DNA from: Bacilli bacterium
GTDB taxonomy: Bacteria; Bacillota_I; Bacilli_A; RFN20; CAG-826
DNA: 41,651 nt
Reading direction: 5' to 3'
NCBI GenBank assembly: GCA_024683495.1
Contig: JAIKYF010000021.1
Coordinates: forward strand, 1 to 41,651
Each line of letters starts with the position of its first letter. Position 1 is the first letter of the stretch. Below are positions 6,511-17,542 of this stretch, one piece after another. Made by a program: the position numbers and the translations under genes. The notes below the pieces were generated by a model. That model ran no database searches and had not been told where the DNA came from. It worked only from the letters and a program-made list of their open reading frames with translations.

Positions 6511-7998
6511 TTATTTTTCGTCTTTCATCGTTGGGAAGAGCAAAACTTCGCGGATGTTATCTTGCTCGGTCAAGAGCATGCAAAGACGGTCAATGCCAAC
6601 GCCAATGCCCCCAGCGGGAGGCATGCCATACATCAAGGCATCGATGAAAGAGAAATCGATATCCGCCGCTTCTTCATCGCCACGATTTCTCGCAGCAAGC
6701 TGGGCTTCGAATCTTTCCTTTTGGTCGAATGGATTGTTGAGCTCGCTATAGGCGTTGCCGAATTCGGTTCCGGCAATGAAGAGCTCAAATCTATCGACGA
6801 ATCTTGGATCATCGGTCTTCTTGGTTAATGGGGAGACCTCAATTGGATAGGTATGGATGAAAGTTGGGTTGACTAAGGTTGGCTCGACGAGTTCATCGAA
6901 GAAAGCCTGCATGATGTAGCCGGTGGAATTCCAAGATTGTTGGAGAGGAACATTATGTTCCTTGGCTAACTTCACCGCTTCTTCAAAAGGGATATCCTGA
7001 GTGAAATCAACGCCACAGACATTCTTGATGGCTTCGGCCATTGAGATGTCGGCGAATGGCTTAGAGACATCGATGGTCTTTCCATTCCATTCGAAGACTT
7101 CCTTCTTTACGACGTTCGCGCAAAGATATCTGAATAACCCTTCGAACCATTCTTTCATCGATTGGAGATCGCCATAAGCCTGATATAACTCAATCGTGGT
7201 GAATTCGGGGTTATGCTTGGCATCGATACCTTCGTTTCTGAAGATGCGGCCGATTTCATAGACTCTATCAATCCCGCCGACCATGCACTTCTTCAAGTTC
7301 AATTCGGTCGCGATACGGAGATAGAAATCCTTATCTAAGGCATTATGATGGGTGATGAAAGGACGAGCCGAGGCTCCGCCGGCGATTGGGGAGAGAATCG
7401 AAGTCTCAACTTCGACGAATCCCATGGAGTCGCAGTAATTACGGACGCCTTTGATGATGGCAGGTCTCATTAAGGCCACTTTTCTTGATTCGTCGTTGAC
7501 GATTAAATCGAGATATCTCTTTCTATAACGGTCTTCGATATCGGTTAAGCCATGGAACTTCTCAGGGAGAGGTTTCAAGCACTTGGTGATATGGGTGAAT
7601 TTGGTGGTGCGGATGGTGAGTTCGCCAGTTCTAGTGTACATCAATGTGCCCTGTAACCCGACGATATCGCCTAAATCGGCTAACTTGAAGACTTCATAGT
7701 CATGCTCACCGACGACGTCTCTACCAAGCCAAGCCTGGATGACGCCATGCTCATCTTTGAGGTTGACGAAAGAGGCCTTACCCATTCTTCTGATGGAGAT
7801 AAGACGTCCCGCCACATCGCAGCTAGAGTCGACTTTCTCTAATTCCTCAGGGGAAAGGGAACCGAACTTCTCGCGGAGATCGACGATACGATCTTTCCAG
7901 TCGTAACGTTTGCCAAAAGGATCGACGCCTAATTCGACGTACTTAGGAAGCTTATTTTGACGTGCTTCTTCTTGGTCATTCAGTTTGACTTCTTCCAT
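6511..7998 (-). CDS. lysS: Lysine--tRNA ligase (class II)
   Basis: 'LPEKFHGL.D.E.RYRKRYLDL', 'FRNEGID.KHNPEFT', 'YGMPPAGGIGVGIDRL'. Confidence 0.98.
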   Translation of the reverse strand: MEEVKLNDQEEARQNKLPKYVELGVDPFGKRYDWKDRIVDLREKFGSLSPEELEKVDSSCDVAGRLISIRRMGKASFVNLKDEHGVIQAWLGRDVVGEHDYEVFKLADLGDIVGLQGTLMYTRTGELTIRTTKFTHITKCLKPLPEKFHGLTDIEDRYRKRYLDLIVNDESRKVALMRPAIIKGVRNYCDSMGFVEVETSILSPIAGGASARPFITHHNALDKDFYLRIATELNLKKCMVGGIDRVYEIGRIFRNEGIDAKHNPEFTTIELYQAYGDLQSMKEWFEGLFRYLCANVVKKEVFEWNGKTIDVSKPFADISMAEAIKNVCGVDFTQDIPFEEAVKLAKEHNVPLQQSWNSTGYIMQAFFDELVEPTLVNPTFIHTYPIEVSPLTKKTDDPRFVDRFELFIAGTEFGNAYSELNNPFDQKERFEAQLAARNRGDEEAADIDFSFIDALMYGMPPAGGIGVGIDRLCMLLTEQDNIREVLLFPTMKDEK

Positions 7999-8202
7999 TG
8001 TTTGGACCTCCTGCGTAAAACTCGCCTTGATAGTCTATAACAAGAAAAGGGAAATAGATAGTTAAATCAATAATGATTTATTTTTCCTCTAGATTATCTA
8101 GTGAAAACAAATGTTTTCAAAAAGCAAATAAAATCAGCGTTGTTTTTCCGTTTCAAAATGTATGGCAAAAACGAAAAATATATCGTTTTTGCACGGAAAA
8201 AC

Positions 8203-8230
8203 AAAAAATCCCAGATCACTCTGGGATTTG
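8203..8230 (-). terminator. Terminator after the ABC exporter operon
   Basis: Hairpin AAATCCCAGA-TCAC-TCTGGGATTT with a T-run on the minus strand. Confidence 0.75.
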
Positions 8231-8234
8231 GATT

Positions 8235-10190
8235 TTATTTGATGGAGTTGCCAGTGTAGAGTTGATAGTATTTGCCTTTTTTGGCAATCAACTCATCGTG
8301 ATTACCCCTTTCGATAATCTCACCATCGTCGATGACCATGATGACATCGGAGTCTTTGACGGTCGATAGACGGTGGGCGATGACGAAGACCGTGCGGCCT
8401 TTCATAATCGCATCCATGCCTTCTTGGACCAACTTCTCCGTACGGCTATCGATTGAGGAGGTCGCTTCATCAAGAATCATCGCGGGAGGATTGGCGATGG
8501 CCGCTCTAGCGATAGATAGAAGCTGACGCTGACCTTGAGAGAGATTCATGCCCGCTTTGTCTAAGACGGTGTCATAGCCATTGGGCAATTGCCTGATGAA
8601 GGAGTCAGCGTTAGCGAGTTTCGCAGCGGCTTCCACTTCTTCATCCGTGGCATCTAATCGGCCATAACGGATGTTCTCTTTGACGGTTCCGGTGAATAAG
8701 ACGGTATCCTGCAAGACCATGCCGAGAGATCTTCTTAGATCCTTCTTCTTGATCTTGTTAATGTTGATTCCATCATATCTGATCTTTCCATCCTCGATAT
8801 CATAGAAACGATTGATGAGGTTGGTGATGGTGGTTTTTCCCGCCCCAGTAGGACCGACGAAGGCTACCTTCTGACCTGGCTTAGCATATAGGCTGATATT
8901 CTTGAGGATCGGCTTACCTGGGACATAGGAGAAGTCGACATCGGTGAAAGTGATATCGCCTTTTAGCCAAGTATAGGTGATGGTTCCATCTCCATGAGGA
9001 TGCTTCCAAGCCCACTTGCCAGTGGTCTCTTGGCATTCGATGGGTTCCCCATCCTTGCCTTCGATGGCATTGCAGAGCTCGACATAGCCTTCGTCTTTTT
9101 CGGCAGGGGTGTCGATAAGAGCGAAGATACGGGCAGAGCCGGCCATCGCCATGAAGACGGAGGAGGCTTGCTGGGCTAAGTTGCCGATTGGCTGAGTGAA
9201 TTGCTTGGATAAGGATAAGAAGGTGACGATGGTCCCAACGGTGATGTTGGTCCAGCTAGCACCTCCGGAGACGATGATACCGGCTCCGATGATGGCGATG
9301 ATGACGTATTGGAGATTGCCTAACTGATTGACGATTGGCATTAGTAAGCTAGCGTATCTACTGGCTTTTGTCGCGTGGTAGCAAAGCTCATCATTGACTT
9401 TGTCAAACCCGGCTTTGGCCCGCTTCTCATAGTTGAAGACCTTGATGACTTTCTGGCCGTTGATCATCTCTTCGACATACCCATTGGTTTTGGCCATCGC
9501 GGCTTGGCGGGAGATGAAGTATTTTCCAGATTTTCCCGAAACAGTCTTAGAGATTAAGACGGTGGGGATAACCAAGACAATTACGGCGATCGCAAGGGCC
9601 CAAGATCTAATGAACATCGAGACAAGGACGACGATCATCGTGAAGGAGGACTGGACTAACATCGGCAAGGATCTCGAGATGGCTTCACGGAGAGTGTCGA
9701 CATCGTTAGTGTAGATTGACATCAAGTCTCCACGCGTCCTCGTATCGAAATACGATAAGGGGAGATCTTGCATGTGATTGAAGAGGTCATCTCTGATTTT
9801 CTTCATGGTCCCCTGCCCTAATTTGGACATGAGGATCTGATAGAAATAGTTGCAGGTAAGACCGACTAAGATAATCCCGACAACGATGAGGATCTCGATT
9901 CCAATATAGGCGAGGGCCTCATTCATGGTGTTGGTCGCGGCGATTTGGTTACCTGCTTTGATATATTCATTCATGGTTTTCAAAGCGGTATCCAACTGGT
10001 CGACGATTTGACCAGTCAATAAAGCGGGGATAACACCGGTGATGGTGGAGACCAAAATGCAGGTGATACCCATCCAGAACTCGAATTTGTAATATTTGAA
10101 AATATAAGAGAATAGACGTTTGAGAGTGCCTTTGCTTTCTTTGGCGCTCAAAGGTTTACGTGCCATTGCTTTTCCTCTACTCGGCGGCAT
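8235..10190 (-). CDS. ABC multidrug-type exporter, TMD+NBD subunit B
   Basis: Walker A GPTGAGKT, signature LSQGQ, Walker B ILDEATS. Start placed at ATG 10190 behind GGAGGTG (ORF track begins at 10199). Confidence 0.93.
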   Translation of the reverse strand: MPPSRGKAMARKPLSAKESKGTLKRLFSYIFKYYKFEFWMGITCILVSTITGVIPALLTGQIVDQLDTALKTMNEYIKAGNQIAATNTMNEALAYIGIEILIVVGIILVGLTCNYFYQILMSKLGQGTMKKIRDDLFNHMQDLPLSYFDTRTRGDLMSIYTNDVDTLREAISRSLPMLVQSSFTMIVVLVSMFIRSWALAIAVIVLVIPTVLISKTVSGKSGKYFISRQAAMAKTNGYVEEMINGQKVIKVFNYEKRAKAGFDKVNDELCYHATKASRYASLLMPIVNQLGNLQYVIIAIIGAGIIVSGGASWTNITVGTIVTFLSLSKQFTQPIGNLAQQASSVFMAMAGSARIFALIDTPAEKDEGYVELCNAIEGKDGEPIECQETTGKWAWKHPHGDGTITYTWLKGDITFTDVDFSYVPGKPILKNISLYAKPGQKVAFVGPTGAGKTTITNLINRFYDIEDGKIRYDGININKIKKKDLRRSLGMVLQDTVLFTGTVKENIRYGRLDATDEEVEAAAKLANADSFIRQLPNGYDTVLDKAGMNLSQGQRQLLSIARAAIANPPAMILDEATSSIDSRTEKLVQEGMDAIMKGRTVFVIAHRLSTVKDSDVIMVIDDGEIIERGNHDELIAKKGKYYQLYTGNSIK

Positions 10191-12003
10191 CGAAATCACC
10201 TCCTCCGATCTGCGAGATATAAAGATCTCTATAGACCTCTGATTTTTCCATCAATTCCTCATTATTTCCCATCTCGGTGATGATGCCTTTGTCCATGACA
10301 AGGATCAAATCGCAATCTTTGACGGAGAGGATTCTCTGGGCGACGATGAAGGTCGTCGTGCCAGGGATGACTTCCTTGATGCCCTGACGGATTAAACTAT
10401 CCGTGTGGGTGTCGACCGCTGAGGTCGAGTCATCAAGAATGAGGATTTTAGGTTTCTTCAATAAAGCACGGGCGATGCAGATACGTTGTTTTTGCCCACC
10501 CGAAACATTGGTGCCGCCTTCATCGATCATGGTCTGATAACCGTCTTTGAAGGAGGAGATGAAACCGTCGGCCTGAGCGATTTGACAGGCTTGCTTGATT
10601 TCATCCATCGAGGCATTTTCATCGCCCCATCTTAAGTTCCATTCAATCGTTCCGGTGAAGAGGGTGTTCTTCTGAAGGACCATCGAGACGGCTTCGCGGA
10701 GAGATTCGATGTCATATTCTCTGACATCAACCCCACCGACTTTGACGGTGCCTTCATTGACGTCATAAAGCCTTGGGATCAAGGACATCAAGGTCGTCTT
10801 GCTTGAACCAGTCGAGCCGATGATGCCGACCGTCTGGCCGGATTTGATGTGAAGGTTGATATTTTGAAGGACTTTACCTCCATTGCCATAGGCAAAGGAG
10901 ACATTCTCAAAGTCGATCGAGCCATCTTTGACTTCCTTAAGAGCATTCTCAGGCTGATTGATTTCCGGAGTTTCCTTCAAGAGTTCGACGATACGTTCGG
11001 CCGAATTTCTGGAGATGATGGTCATGACGTAGATCATCGAGATGAACATGCAGGCCATCATGACTTGCATGACATAAGAGAATAAGGTGGTAAGGCCAGA
11101 GGTATTCATCTCCGCCGAATTGGATTTAAGGATGATATTCGAGCCAAACCAGGCAATCGCGATGATTGAGCCATAGATAAGCAAGGAGAATCCAGGGCTT
11201 TGGAAGGCCATGATTTTCTCAGTCTTCAAGAAGTTCTTATATAAGAAGTCGGAAACCGCGTTGAATTTCTCTTTCTCCTCTTCTTGACGTCCGAAGGCTT
11301 TGACGACGCGGATGCCGGTGATATTTTCCTGAACCGCTTCATTTAAGTCATCGTATTTACGGAAGATTCTCTCAAAGATTGGGTGAACAACCGTGGCTAA
11401 GAGGATAAGTAAGACGATAAGGACTGGGACAACTGCGACGAAGACAAAGGCTAACTTCCAAGAAGTGATGAAGCTCATGATGATCGCAAAAATGAGGGTG
11501 AAGGGGGCGCGGATGACGCCTCTAATGGCCATCTGGAAAGCGAATTGGACATTTTGGACATCGGTGGTAGTTCTAGTAACGATCGATGAAGTTGAGAATT
11601 TATCGATGTTATTGAAGGAGAATCTTTGGACTTGATAATACATATCGTGGCGAAGATTCTTCCCTAAACCCGCCGAAGCGCTGGAAGACCAATAACCGGC
11701 CGCGATACCACACATCGCCGCTAAAGCCGCCATGACGGCCATAATTCCGCCATAGATAAATGGTGAGGCAACGCCAGTTTGGTTGATGGCATCAACGAAC
11801 CATTGGACCAATGGTCCGAAGGTTCTAAGCGAACTGGCGTCCGCCACGCCAGAAACGATCTGGATGGACTGGACTAAAAATTGCATCAAGAATGGAACGA
11901 GAATTTCGCAGAAAGTCTCAAGTAACACGAATAACCATGTCAAAGCGACATCTTTTTTGTATTCACGCAGACTCTTTAGCAAATATTTGAACGTTGCAAT
12001 CAT
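10177..12003 (-). CDS. ABC multidrug-type exporter, TMD+NBD subunit A (degenerate site)
   Basis: GSTGSSKT, VSGGQ, ILDDSTS and VAQR: the non-canonical D/Q typical of heterodimeric exporters. Confidence 0.93.
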   Translation of the reverse strand: MIATFKYLLKSLREYKKDVALTWLFVLLETFCEILVPFLMQFLVQSIQIVSGVADASSLRTFGPLVQWFVDAINQTGVASPFIYGGIMAVMAALAAMCGIAAGYWSSSASAGLGKNLRHDMYYQVQRFSFNNIDKFSTSSIVTRTTTDVQNVQFAFQMAIRGVIRAPFTLIFAIIMSFITSWKLAFVFVAVVPVLIVLLILLATVVHPIFERIFRKYDDLNEAVQENITGIRVVKAFGRQEEEKEKFNAVSDFLYKNFLKTEKIMAFQSPGFSLLIYGSIIAIAWFGSNIILKSNSAEMNTSGLTTLFSYVMQVMMACMFISMIYVMTIISRNSAERIVELLKETPEINQPENALKEVKDGSIDFENVSFAYGNGGKVLQNINLHIKSGQTVGIIGSTGSSKTTLMSLIPRLYDVNEGTVKVGGVDVREYDIESLREAVSMVLQKNTLFTGTIEWNLRWGDENASMDEIKQACQIAQADGFISSFKDGYQTMIDEGGTNVSGGQKQRICIARALLKKPKILILDDSTSAVDTHTDSLIRQGIKEVIPGTTTFIVAQRILSVKDCDLILVMDKGIITEMGNNEELMEKSEVYRDLYISQIGGGDFDAAE

Positions 12004-12455
12004 GACTCTTCCTCCTTTCTTGAAATATTCTTTTGGATTTTTTCTAGCATCTCCCGAAGAAGATTTTCTTCTTCTTCAGTGATGCCTTGGGAAATGACTT
12101 TTCTAATGTCTTGGAAGACATAGCGGCATTCAGCCTGGGCCTCTCTTCCTCTTTCGGTCAGCTGAATGATTTTCACTCGCTTATCCTCTTCTGAGGGCCC
12201 CATTGTTATGAAGCCCTTCTTCTCTAACCCGGTTAAGGATTGGGAAGTCGTGGATTTTGAGGCTTTCGAGGATTTCATGACATCTCTAGCGGTCACGATC
12301 CCCTTATCTTCTAGTCGGAAGATGTAGCTAAGGATCATTCCTTCAATGCCTGTTAAGCCAAAATCTAAGCGTTCGGAAAGAATCTGATCAATATAGCATT
12401 TGATCATGTTGGAAGTCGTTCTGATTTCTACTCCAATAGGTTTTTTGTCGCTCAT
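12000..12455 (-). CDS. MarR family transcriptional regulator
   Basis: 'SKSTTSQSLTGLEKKGFI...DKRVKIIQLTERG'. Start chosen at ATG 12455, downstream of the promoter. Confidence 0.9.
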   Translation of the reverse strand: MSDKKPIGVEIRTTSNMIKCYIDQILSERLDFGLTGIEGMILSYIFRLEDKGIVTARDVMKSSKASKSTTSQSLTGLEKKGFITMGPSEEDKRVKIIQLTERGREAQAECRYVFQDIRKVISQGITEEEENLLREMLEKIQKNISRKEEES

Positions 12456-12467
12456 GAGATTAAAAAC

Positions 12468-12520
12468 TATGCGAAATCGTTCGCATACGAACATTTTAAT
12501 CTTTTGGCTTATTTTGTCAA
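12468..12520 (-). promoter_or_regulatory. Promoter with overlapping palindromic MarR-type operators
   Basis: TTGACA (12520-12515), 16 bp, TAAAAT (12498-12493). Palindromes GTTCG-CATA-CGAAC (12479-12492) and TATGCGAA-ATCG-TTCGCATA (12468-12487). Confidence 0.7.
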
Positions 12521-12563
12521 TTGCTTTAGATAGATTGCAACAAAAAGAATGATGTTGTCTAAT

Positions 12564-13544
12564 TTAGAGTTTTTGGCGGTTTCTGATTCCAGCAAAAATC
12601 TTGCGCAAATCCTCAACGGTTTTGATTTCCATGCTGATTTCCGCTCTTATTTTCTTATAGCCAGGGAAGCCAGAGAAGAAATGGGGAATCAGGCCTCTAA
12701 GCTGCATAACCGCGGTTCTCTCCCCAACATAATCGATGAGCATATTGGAGAATTCCTCAGCCCAAGTGACTTGATCTAATAAGGTAGGCTCTGGCTCAAG
12801 AGGTTCTCCCCTATCGAGATGGACGATATTGGAAACTAGACGGGGATTACCTAATCCACCGCGGGCTACCATGATGTAAGAAGCGCCGGTTATCTCTTTG
12901 GCCTTCATGGCCTCTTCAGCCTCAAAGATGTCGCCTGAGATACATAAAGGAATGGAAATTTCTCTTCCAAACCCCCTTAGAATTTCATAATCGGCCTTTC
13001 CGCTATAAAGTTGGGCGGTCGTGCGCGCGTGTATAGATAATAAGGATATACCAGCGTCCTCAAGCATCTTGCTGACTTCTCTATAATTAATCATCTTCTC
13101 ATTCCAGCCAAGACGGATTTTCGCCGAGACTGGCTTATGGGAAGCGAGAACGATGCTATGGACATAATCATAGAATTCATCCATCGGACGTTTAAGCCAA
13201 GCGCTTCCGGCTCCGGTTTTGGTGACTTTCTGAACGGGGCAGCCGAAATTCAAATCGAGGATATCGTATTCGGCATTGTTCTCAAGAATCTCCACTGCTT
13301 TGAGTGAATTATTCTTATCGAAGCCGAATAACTGCAGCCCGACCGGATGATCGATTTTGGAGGTCTTGTAATAATTCATGGTCATTTTATTGCCATAGAA
13401 TAAACCACAGTCGGAGATCATTTCAGAAAAGGAAAGACCGACCCCAAAGGGCTTCATGAAGTCGCGATATGCTAAAGTCGTGACTCCAGCCATCGGGCCG
13501 AGAACAACCGGGGTGGAGATTTCGATATCCTTAATAAAACTCAT
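12564..13544 (-). CDS. dusB: tRNA-dihydrouridine synthase
   Basis: 'LGPMAGVT', 'QLFG', 'DLNFGCP..KV.K.GAGS', 'KIRLGW', 'HART'. Start at ATG 13544 after TTGAAT-17-TAAACT. Confidence 0.92.
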   Translation of the reverse strand: MSFIKDIEISTPVVLGPMAGVTTLAYRDFMKPFGVGLSFSEMISDCGLFYGNKMTMNYYKTSKIDHPVGLQLFGFDKNNSLKAVEILENNAEYDILDLNFGCPVQKVTKTGAGSAWLKRPMDEFYDYVHSIVLASHKPVSAKIRLGWNEKMINYREVSKMLEDAGISLLSIHARTTAQLYSGKADYEILRGFGREISIPLCISGDIFEAEEAMKAKEITGASYIMVARGGLGNPRLVSNIVHLDRGEPLEPEPTLLDQVTWAEEFSNMLIDYVGERTAVMQLRGLIPHFFSGFPGYKKIRAEISMEIKTVEDLRKIFAGIRNRQKL

Positions 13545-13627
13545 ACGCGTTAGTTTACTGTCATTATCTTCTTTATTCAATTTAAAAGCGATGGAAAAGA
13601 AATCCATCGGGGTTTTGCCCGCAAAAA

Positions 13628-13658
13628 TAAATGGATGCAGGGTTAACTGCATCCATTT
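13628..13658 (-). terminator. Terminator after ftsH
   Basis: Inverted repeat AAATGGATGCAG-GGTTAA-CTGCATCCATTT. Confidence 0.75.
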
Positions 13659-13663
13659 GGTGA

Positions 13664-15883
13664 TTATTTATCGCCTTCGTCAGAATCGCCTTCAGGCTTT
13701 TCTTCCTTTGGCTCCTCTACTGGGGCTTCTTCCACGGGCTTTTCAACCTTCTTCTTTCTTGGAGCGGCCTTTTTCTTTGGGGCTTCTTCAGAAGCGGGTT
13801 TTTCTTCCGCGGGTTTTTCCTCAGCGGGCTTATCCTCTTTTAAGACATCGGTCTCTTGGACGGTTTGGACTTCCTTAGCGGGAAGGGCGCCGCTCTTGAT
13901 AAGAGCGTCGATCTCTTCAGCGGTGATGGTTTCTTGCTTCAAGAGGGTCTCAGCGATGAGTTGGACATCCTTCTTATGCTCAAGGAGGATTTCCCTAGCT
14001 TGGATATGGGCCGCCTCGATGATATCGCGGATGGCCTTATCAATCTCGTAAGCGACTTCTGAGGAGAAGTTCCTTTGAGTGTTCGCATAATCTCTTCCAA
14101 GGAAGACGGAACCGGTCGCCGATTCATATTGGATAGGCCCAAGCTCGGACATACCGAGTTCGGTAACCATCATACGGGCGATTCTCGTCGCTTGTTGGAT
14201 ATCGTTTTGGGCGCCGGTGGAGACATCATCAAAGAAGATTTCTTCGGAGGTTCTACCACCAAGTAAGCCAGTGATTTGGGCTAGGAGCTCTTTCTTAGTG
14301 AGCAAGAAGCGATCATCTTCAGGGGTCATAAGGACATGACCACCGGTCTGACCACGAGGAATAATCGTGATTTTCTGGACTTTTTCAGCGTGTGGGAGAA
14401 CAAGTCCGATGACGGCATGGCCACTTTCATGGAAAGCGACTTGGCGTCTTTCACGCTCATTGAGTCCCTTGTTGGATTTAGCAGGTCCGGCGATTCTTCT
14501 ATCGATGGCTTCATCGATTTCCGCCATCGAGATGTCATCCTTATGGAATCTGACGGCTAGGATGGCCGCTTCATTGAGGATGTTCTCAATATCCGCGCCA
14601 GAGAATCCGACGGTTCTTTGGGCTAAAGCCTTGAAGTCGACATCGGCACCGATTTTCTTATTTCTTGCATGGACTTTGAAGATGGCTTCTCTGCCTGCGG
14701 CATTTGGTAGGGAGACGGTGATGATTCTGTCGAAACGACCAGGTCTAAGCAAGGCTGGGTCGAGGACATCGTCACGGTTGGTAGCGGCCATGACGAGAAT
14801 ACCGGCATTATGCTCAAAGCCATCCATCTCAACGAGAAGTTGGTTAAGAGTCTGTTCTCTTTCGTCGTTGCCTCCGCCTAAGCCAGCGCCTCTTTGACGA
14901 CCGACGGCATCGATTTCATCGATGAAGACGATACATGGTGCGCTTTGCTTGGCTTTTAAGAATAAGTCACGGACACGTCCGGCACCGACACCGACGAACA
15001 TTTCGACGAAGTCTGAGCCAGAGATGCTGTAGAATGGGACCCCAGCTTCACCGGCCACGGCCTTAGCAAGGAGGGTCTTACCAGTACCTGGGTTACCGAT
15101 CAACAAGACACCCTTAGGCAAACGGGCGCCATATTTAGAATATTTCTTCGGTTCTTTGAGATATTCGACCATTTCGACCATCTCGGCCTTTTCTTCGTCA
15201 CAACCCGCCACATCGGCGAATTTGACTTTGGAGGTCTCTCTTCTGGCGGTTGACTTATTAAAGTCCATCGCCTGACGATTGGCTCCACCGACTGAACGGT
15301 TGAGGAAGAAGGAGAAGAAGACGGCCACGCCAATCAACAAGATGAATTGGATGATGGTCGGTCCCCAGGTATCCCAGAAGGAAACCTGATAGGGATTATC
15401 GATATTTTCCAAGGCTCTTTCATTCACTGGGGCTTTGCTGGTGGCATAAAGTTCATTCCACTCAGCGATGGCGCCTTTGAATAAGGAAGAATAAGAAGGA
15501 TGCTTTTCGATGGTGACAACGCCATTGCTATCAATGCGGGAGACTTCGAAAGTCTCATTCCATTGGGTATTCAAAACGTTAACTGTGTAAGAGATGCGGC
15601 TAGAATTGGATTTTCTAGTGTAGGCTGTGCCCGAAACGATGGTGGTCGTTGGGTTTTGCGAAACATAAACTGACTGAATATAGACCGGTTCGACCTTATC
15701 AGCCGGTTGAGTCGTGCTAGTTTGGTTGTAATTAAGAAGCGCGTCGAGTTGGCTCACATTCCACGTGGTTGTGGGATTGATGAGGCTTCTGATGCTGAAG
15801 AAGACAATCAAACCGACGCCTACTAAAACTAGCAAGTAGACGAGGTAACTGCCTAAGCCACGGCGTGGCCTTTTTTCGTTCAT
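13664..15883 (-). CDS. ftsH: ATP-dependent zinc metalloprotease FtsH
   Basis: Two TM segments, [17 protein letters not shown], 'LLRPGRFDR', HESGH zinc motif. Confidence 0.98.
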   Translation of the reverse strand: MNEKRPRRGLGSYLVYLLVLVGVGLIVFFSIRSLINPTTTWNVSQLDALLNYNQTSTTQPADKVEPVYIQSVYVSQNPTTTIVSGTAYTRKSNSSRISYTVNVLNTQWNETFEVSRIDSNGVVTIEKHPSYSSLFKGAIAEWNELYATSKAPVNERALENIDNPYQVSFWDTWGPTIIQFILLIGVAVFFSFFLNRSVGGANRQAMDFNKSTARRETSKVKFADVAGCDEEKAEMVEMVEYLKEPKKYSKYGARLPKGVLLIGNPGTGKTLLAKAVAGEAGVPFYSISGSDFVEMFVGVGAGRVRDLFLKAKQSAPCIVFIDEIDAVGRQRGAGLGGGNDEREQTLNQLLVEMDGFEHNAGILVMAATNRDDVLDPALLRPGRFDRIITVSLPNAAGREAIFKVHARNKKIGADVDFKALAQRTVGFSGADIENILNEAAILAVRFHKDDISMAEIDEAIDRRIAGPAKSNKGLNERERRQVAFHESGHAVIGLVLPHAEKVQKITIIPRGQTGGHVLMTPEDDRFLLTKKELLAQITGLLGGRTSEEIFFDDVSTGAQNDIQQATRIARMMVTELGMSELGPIQYESATGSVFLGRDYANTQRNFSSEVAYEIDKAIRDIIEAAHIQAREILLEHKKDVQLIAETLLKQETITAEEIDALIKSGALPAKEVQTVQETDVLKEDKPAEEKPAEEKPASEEAPKKKAAPRKKKVEKPVEEAPVEEPKEEKPEGDSDEGDK

Positions 15884-15999
15884 GGGTGTTTCCTCCTATA
15901 TGAATTTAGTTGAGTGTGTGGTTTTGTTTGGCTAACAAGGTGCCATAGAATGCAAGTTACACCATAAATGGTGAAACTTCAAGAATTATGCGCTTTTGG

Positions 16000-17250
16000 C
16001 TAGTCTAAATGGATATGTAGGCTCGAAGTGTGATATTCCACGAACCCTTTCTTGAATCTTGGGACGTAGATGATCTTGCCATCTTTATTGAGGAAGACGG
16101 GCCAAATCGAGAGATATTTGGGATCGATTCCGTTTTCAAGGAGCATTCTCTTAATCGGCTCAAGGTAGCCGCCATAATTGAAGACGTCCTGAGGAAGAAC
16201 GCTTCTGACGGTCAAAGGATAGTCGTCTTCATGGATATTTCTATCTTCTGCCCCATTGGAGAAATCGAAATCAAAGGCATCGCACTCGAATTTGCAGGGT
16301 TTTTCGATGACGTAGGTATAAGGCATATCGTTTCCGGTCGGATTGACATAGATGACGTCATAGGCCTTGACGAGATAGACGTCTCCCTTTAAATGAAGCG
16401 AGGCATTGGGGACTTTATTGAGGCAAAGCTCTCTAATGTCTTTCAGCATCTTTTCATTCACCCTGATGTGAACTGGGGATTTATCGTTAAGGAAGGAGAC
16501 GATGGTTTCGGCGAATTCATCGGAGGATAAGGCGATGATTGAGCGGATATTAAGCTCGTTGAGCTTTTTGGCGTTATCGTCAATCGCCTCAATCAAGCCT
16601 TCTTTTTCGGCGTTTTCTTTCTTCATTTCCACCAAAAGGGCATCTCTTTCGATTTCGTTCATGCCCTCAATTTCGCGGCGGATCTCGCTTTTTTCTTTAT
16701 TGAAAGTCGATTCGGAGAGGTCATCGCTAAATGGGACATTATTCTCCAAGCAATATTCGCGGAGGTCTTCTTTAGAGTAGGAAAGCAATGGCCTAACAAT
16801 CATGATGCCATGGCGAGTGGAGATTTTGTTATAGCCATATTTGGCATTTTTGATGCCGCTCCGCTTAGTGACCAAATAAGTCTCTAAGACATCGTCTTGG
16901 GTATGGGCGATGAAAGTGGCCGCAAGGTCGTATTTCTCCGAGATTTCTTTGAAGAAGTCGTAACGGATTTTTCTCGCCCACTTCTCATAATCGGTGGTTT
17001 TCCCAGCCTGAGGGAGGAACTGCGTGTCGCAGACTTCAAGGCATAGCTGATGCTCAGCGCAGTATTCACGGATGTTGGATTCAATGTTATTGGTGTTATC
17101 CATGTGATAGTTGATATAGCAAACAATCGGGTGGATGCCCTTCTTCAAAAGCATATCCATCAGAGCCATCGAGCTCGATGAATAGGTGGCGGCGATCATA
17201 TAGACGCCGTCTTTGTCAAATTTGAAATTCAGTGTGTCTTCACTCCACAT
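16000..17250 (-). CDS. tilS: tRNA(Ile)-lysidine synthase homolog with degenerate PP-loop
   Basis: 'E.WARKIRYDFF', 'AHTQDDVLET', 'IVRPLL', and position upstream of ftsH. SGGxDS is replaced by TYSSSS. Confidence 0.8.
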   Translation of the reverse strand: MWSEDTLNFKFDKDGVYMIAATYSSSSMALMDMLLKKGIHPIVCYINYHMDNTNNIESNIREYCAEHQLCLEVCDTQFLPQAGKTTDYEKWARKIRYDFFKEISEKYDLAATFIAHTQDDVLETYLVTKRSGIKNAKYGYNKISTRHGIMIVRPLLSYSKEDLREYCLENNVPFSDDLSESTFNKEKSEIRREIEGMNEIERDALLVEMKKENAEKEGLIEAIDDNAKKLNELNIRSIIALSSDEFAETIVSFLNDKSPVHIRVNEKMLKDIRELCLNKVPNASLHLKGDVYLVKAYDVIYVNPTGNDMPYTYVIEKPCKFECDAFDFDFSNGAEDRNIHEDDYPLTVRSVLPQDVFNYGGYLEPIKRMLLENGIDPKYLSIWPVFLNKDGKIIYVPRFKKGFVEYHTSSLHIHLD

Positions 17251-17261
17251 ACGTATCTCCT

Positions 17262-17522
17262 TTACGCATCGCTAGTTTGGTCATCGATAATCTCATACAT
17301 GGCTTTGGCCTGATCTTTGGTCGCGAATTCCTTGACTTGAAGAATCTTCGCGGTAATCGTGTTTTTACCGATTTGGAGGACGAGGATATCCCCTTCTTTT
17401 ACCTCACTCATCGGCTTAGCGATTTTGCCATTGATCGAGATATCGCCATCATCGCAGAGGTTCTTGGCAGTCTCCCTCCGTTTGATGATTCTGCTCACTT
17501 TCAGAAATTTATCGATTCTCAT
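17262..17522 (-). CDS. yabO: S4-domain RNA-binding protein (YabO/RqcP family)
   Basis: 'MRIDKFLKVSRIIKRRETAK.LCD.G.I.ING..AKP..EVK.GD'. Confidence 0.92.
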   Translation of the reverse strand: MRIDKFLKVSRIIKRRETAKNLCDDGDISINGKIAKPMSEVKEGDILVLQIGKNTITAKILQVKEFATKDQAKAMYEIIDDQTSDA

Positions 17523-17542
17523 GCTAATAATCGTATCACAAA

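Noticed and set aside
13545-13652. 36-aa N-terminal extension of DusB in the ORF track
   Set aside because: It overlaps the ftsH terminator and a good promoter, and family similarity starts after Met at 13544.
13690-13840. [11 protein letters not shown] repeats at the FtsH C-terminus
   Set aside because: This is an ordinary low-complexity disordered tail, not a DNA repeat element.
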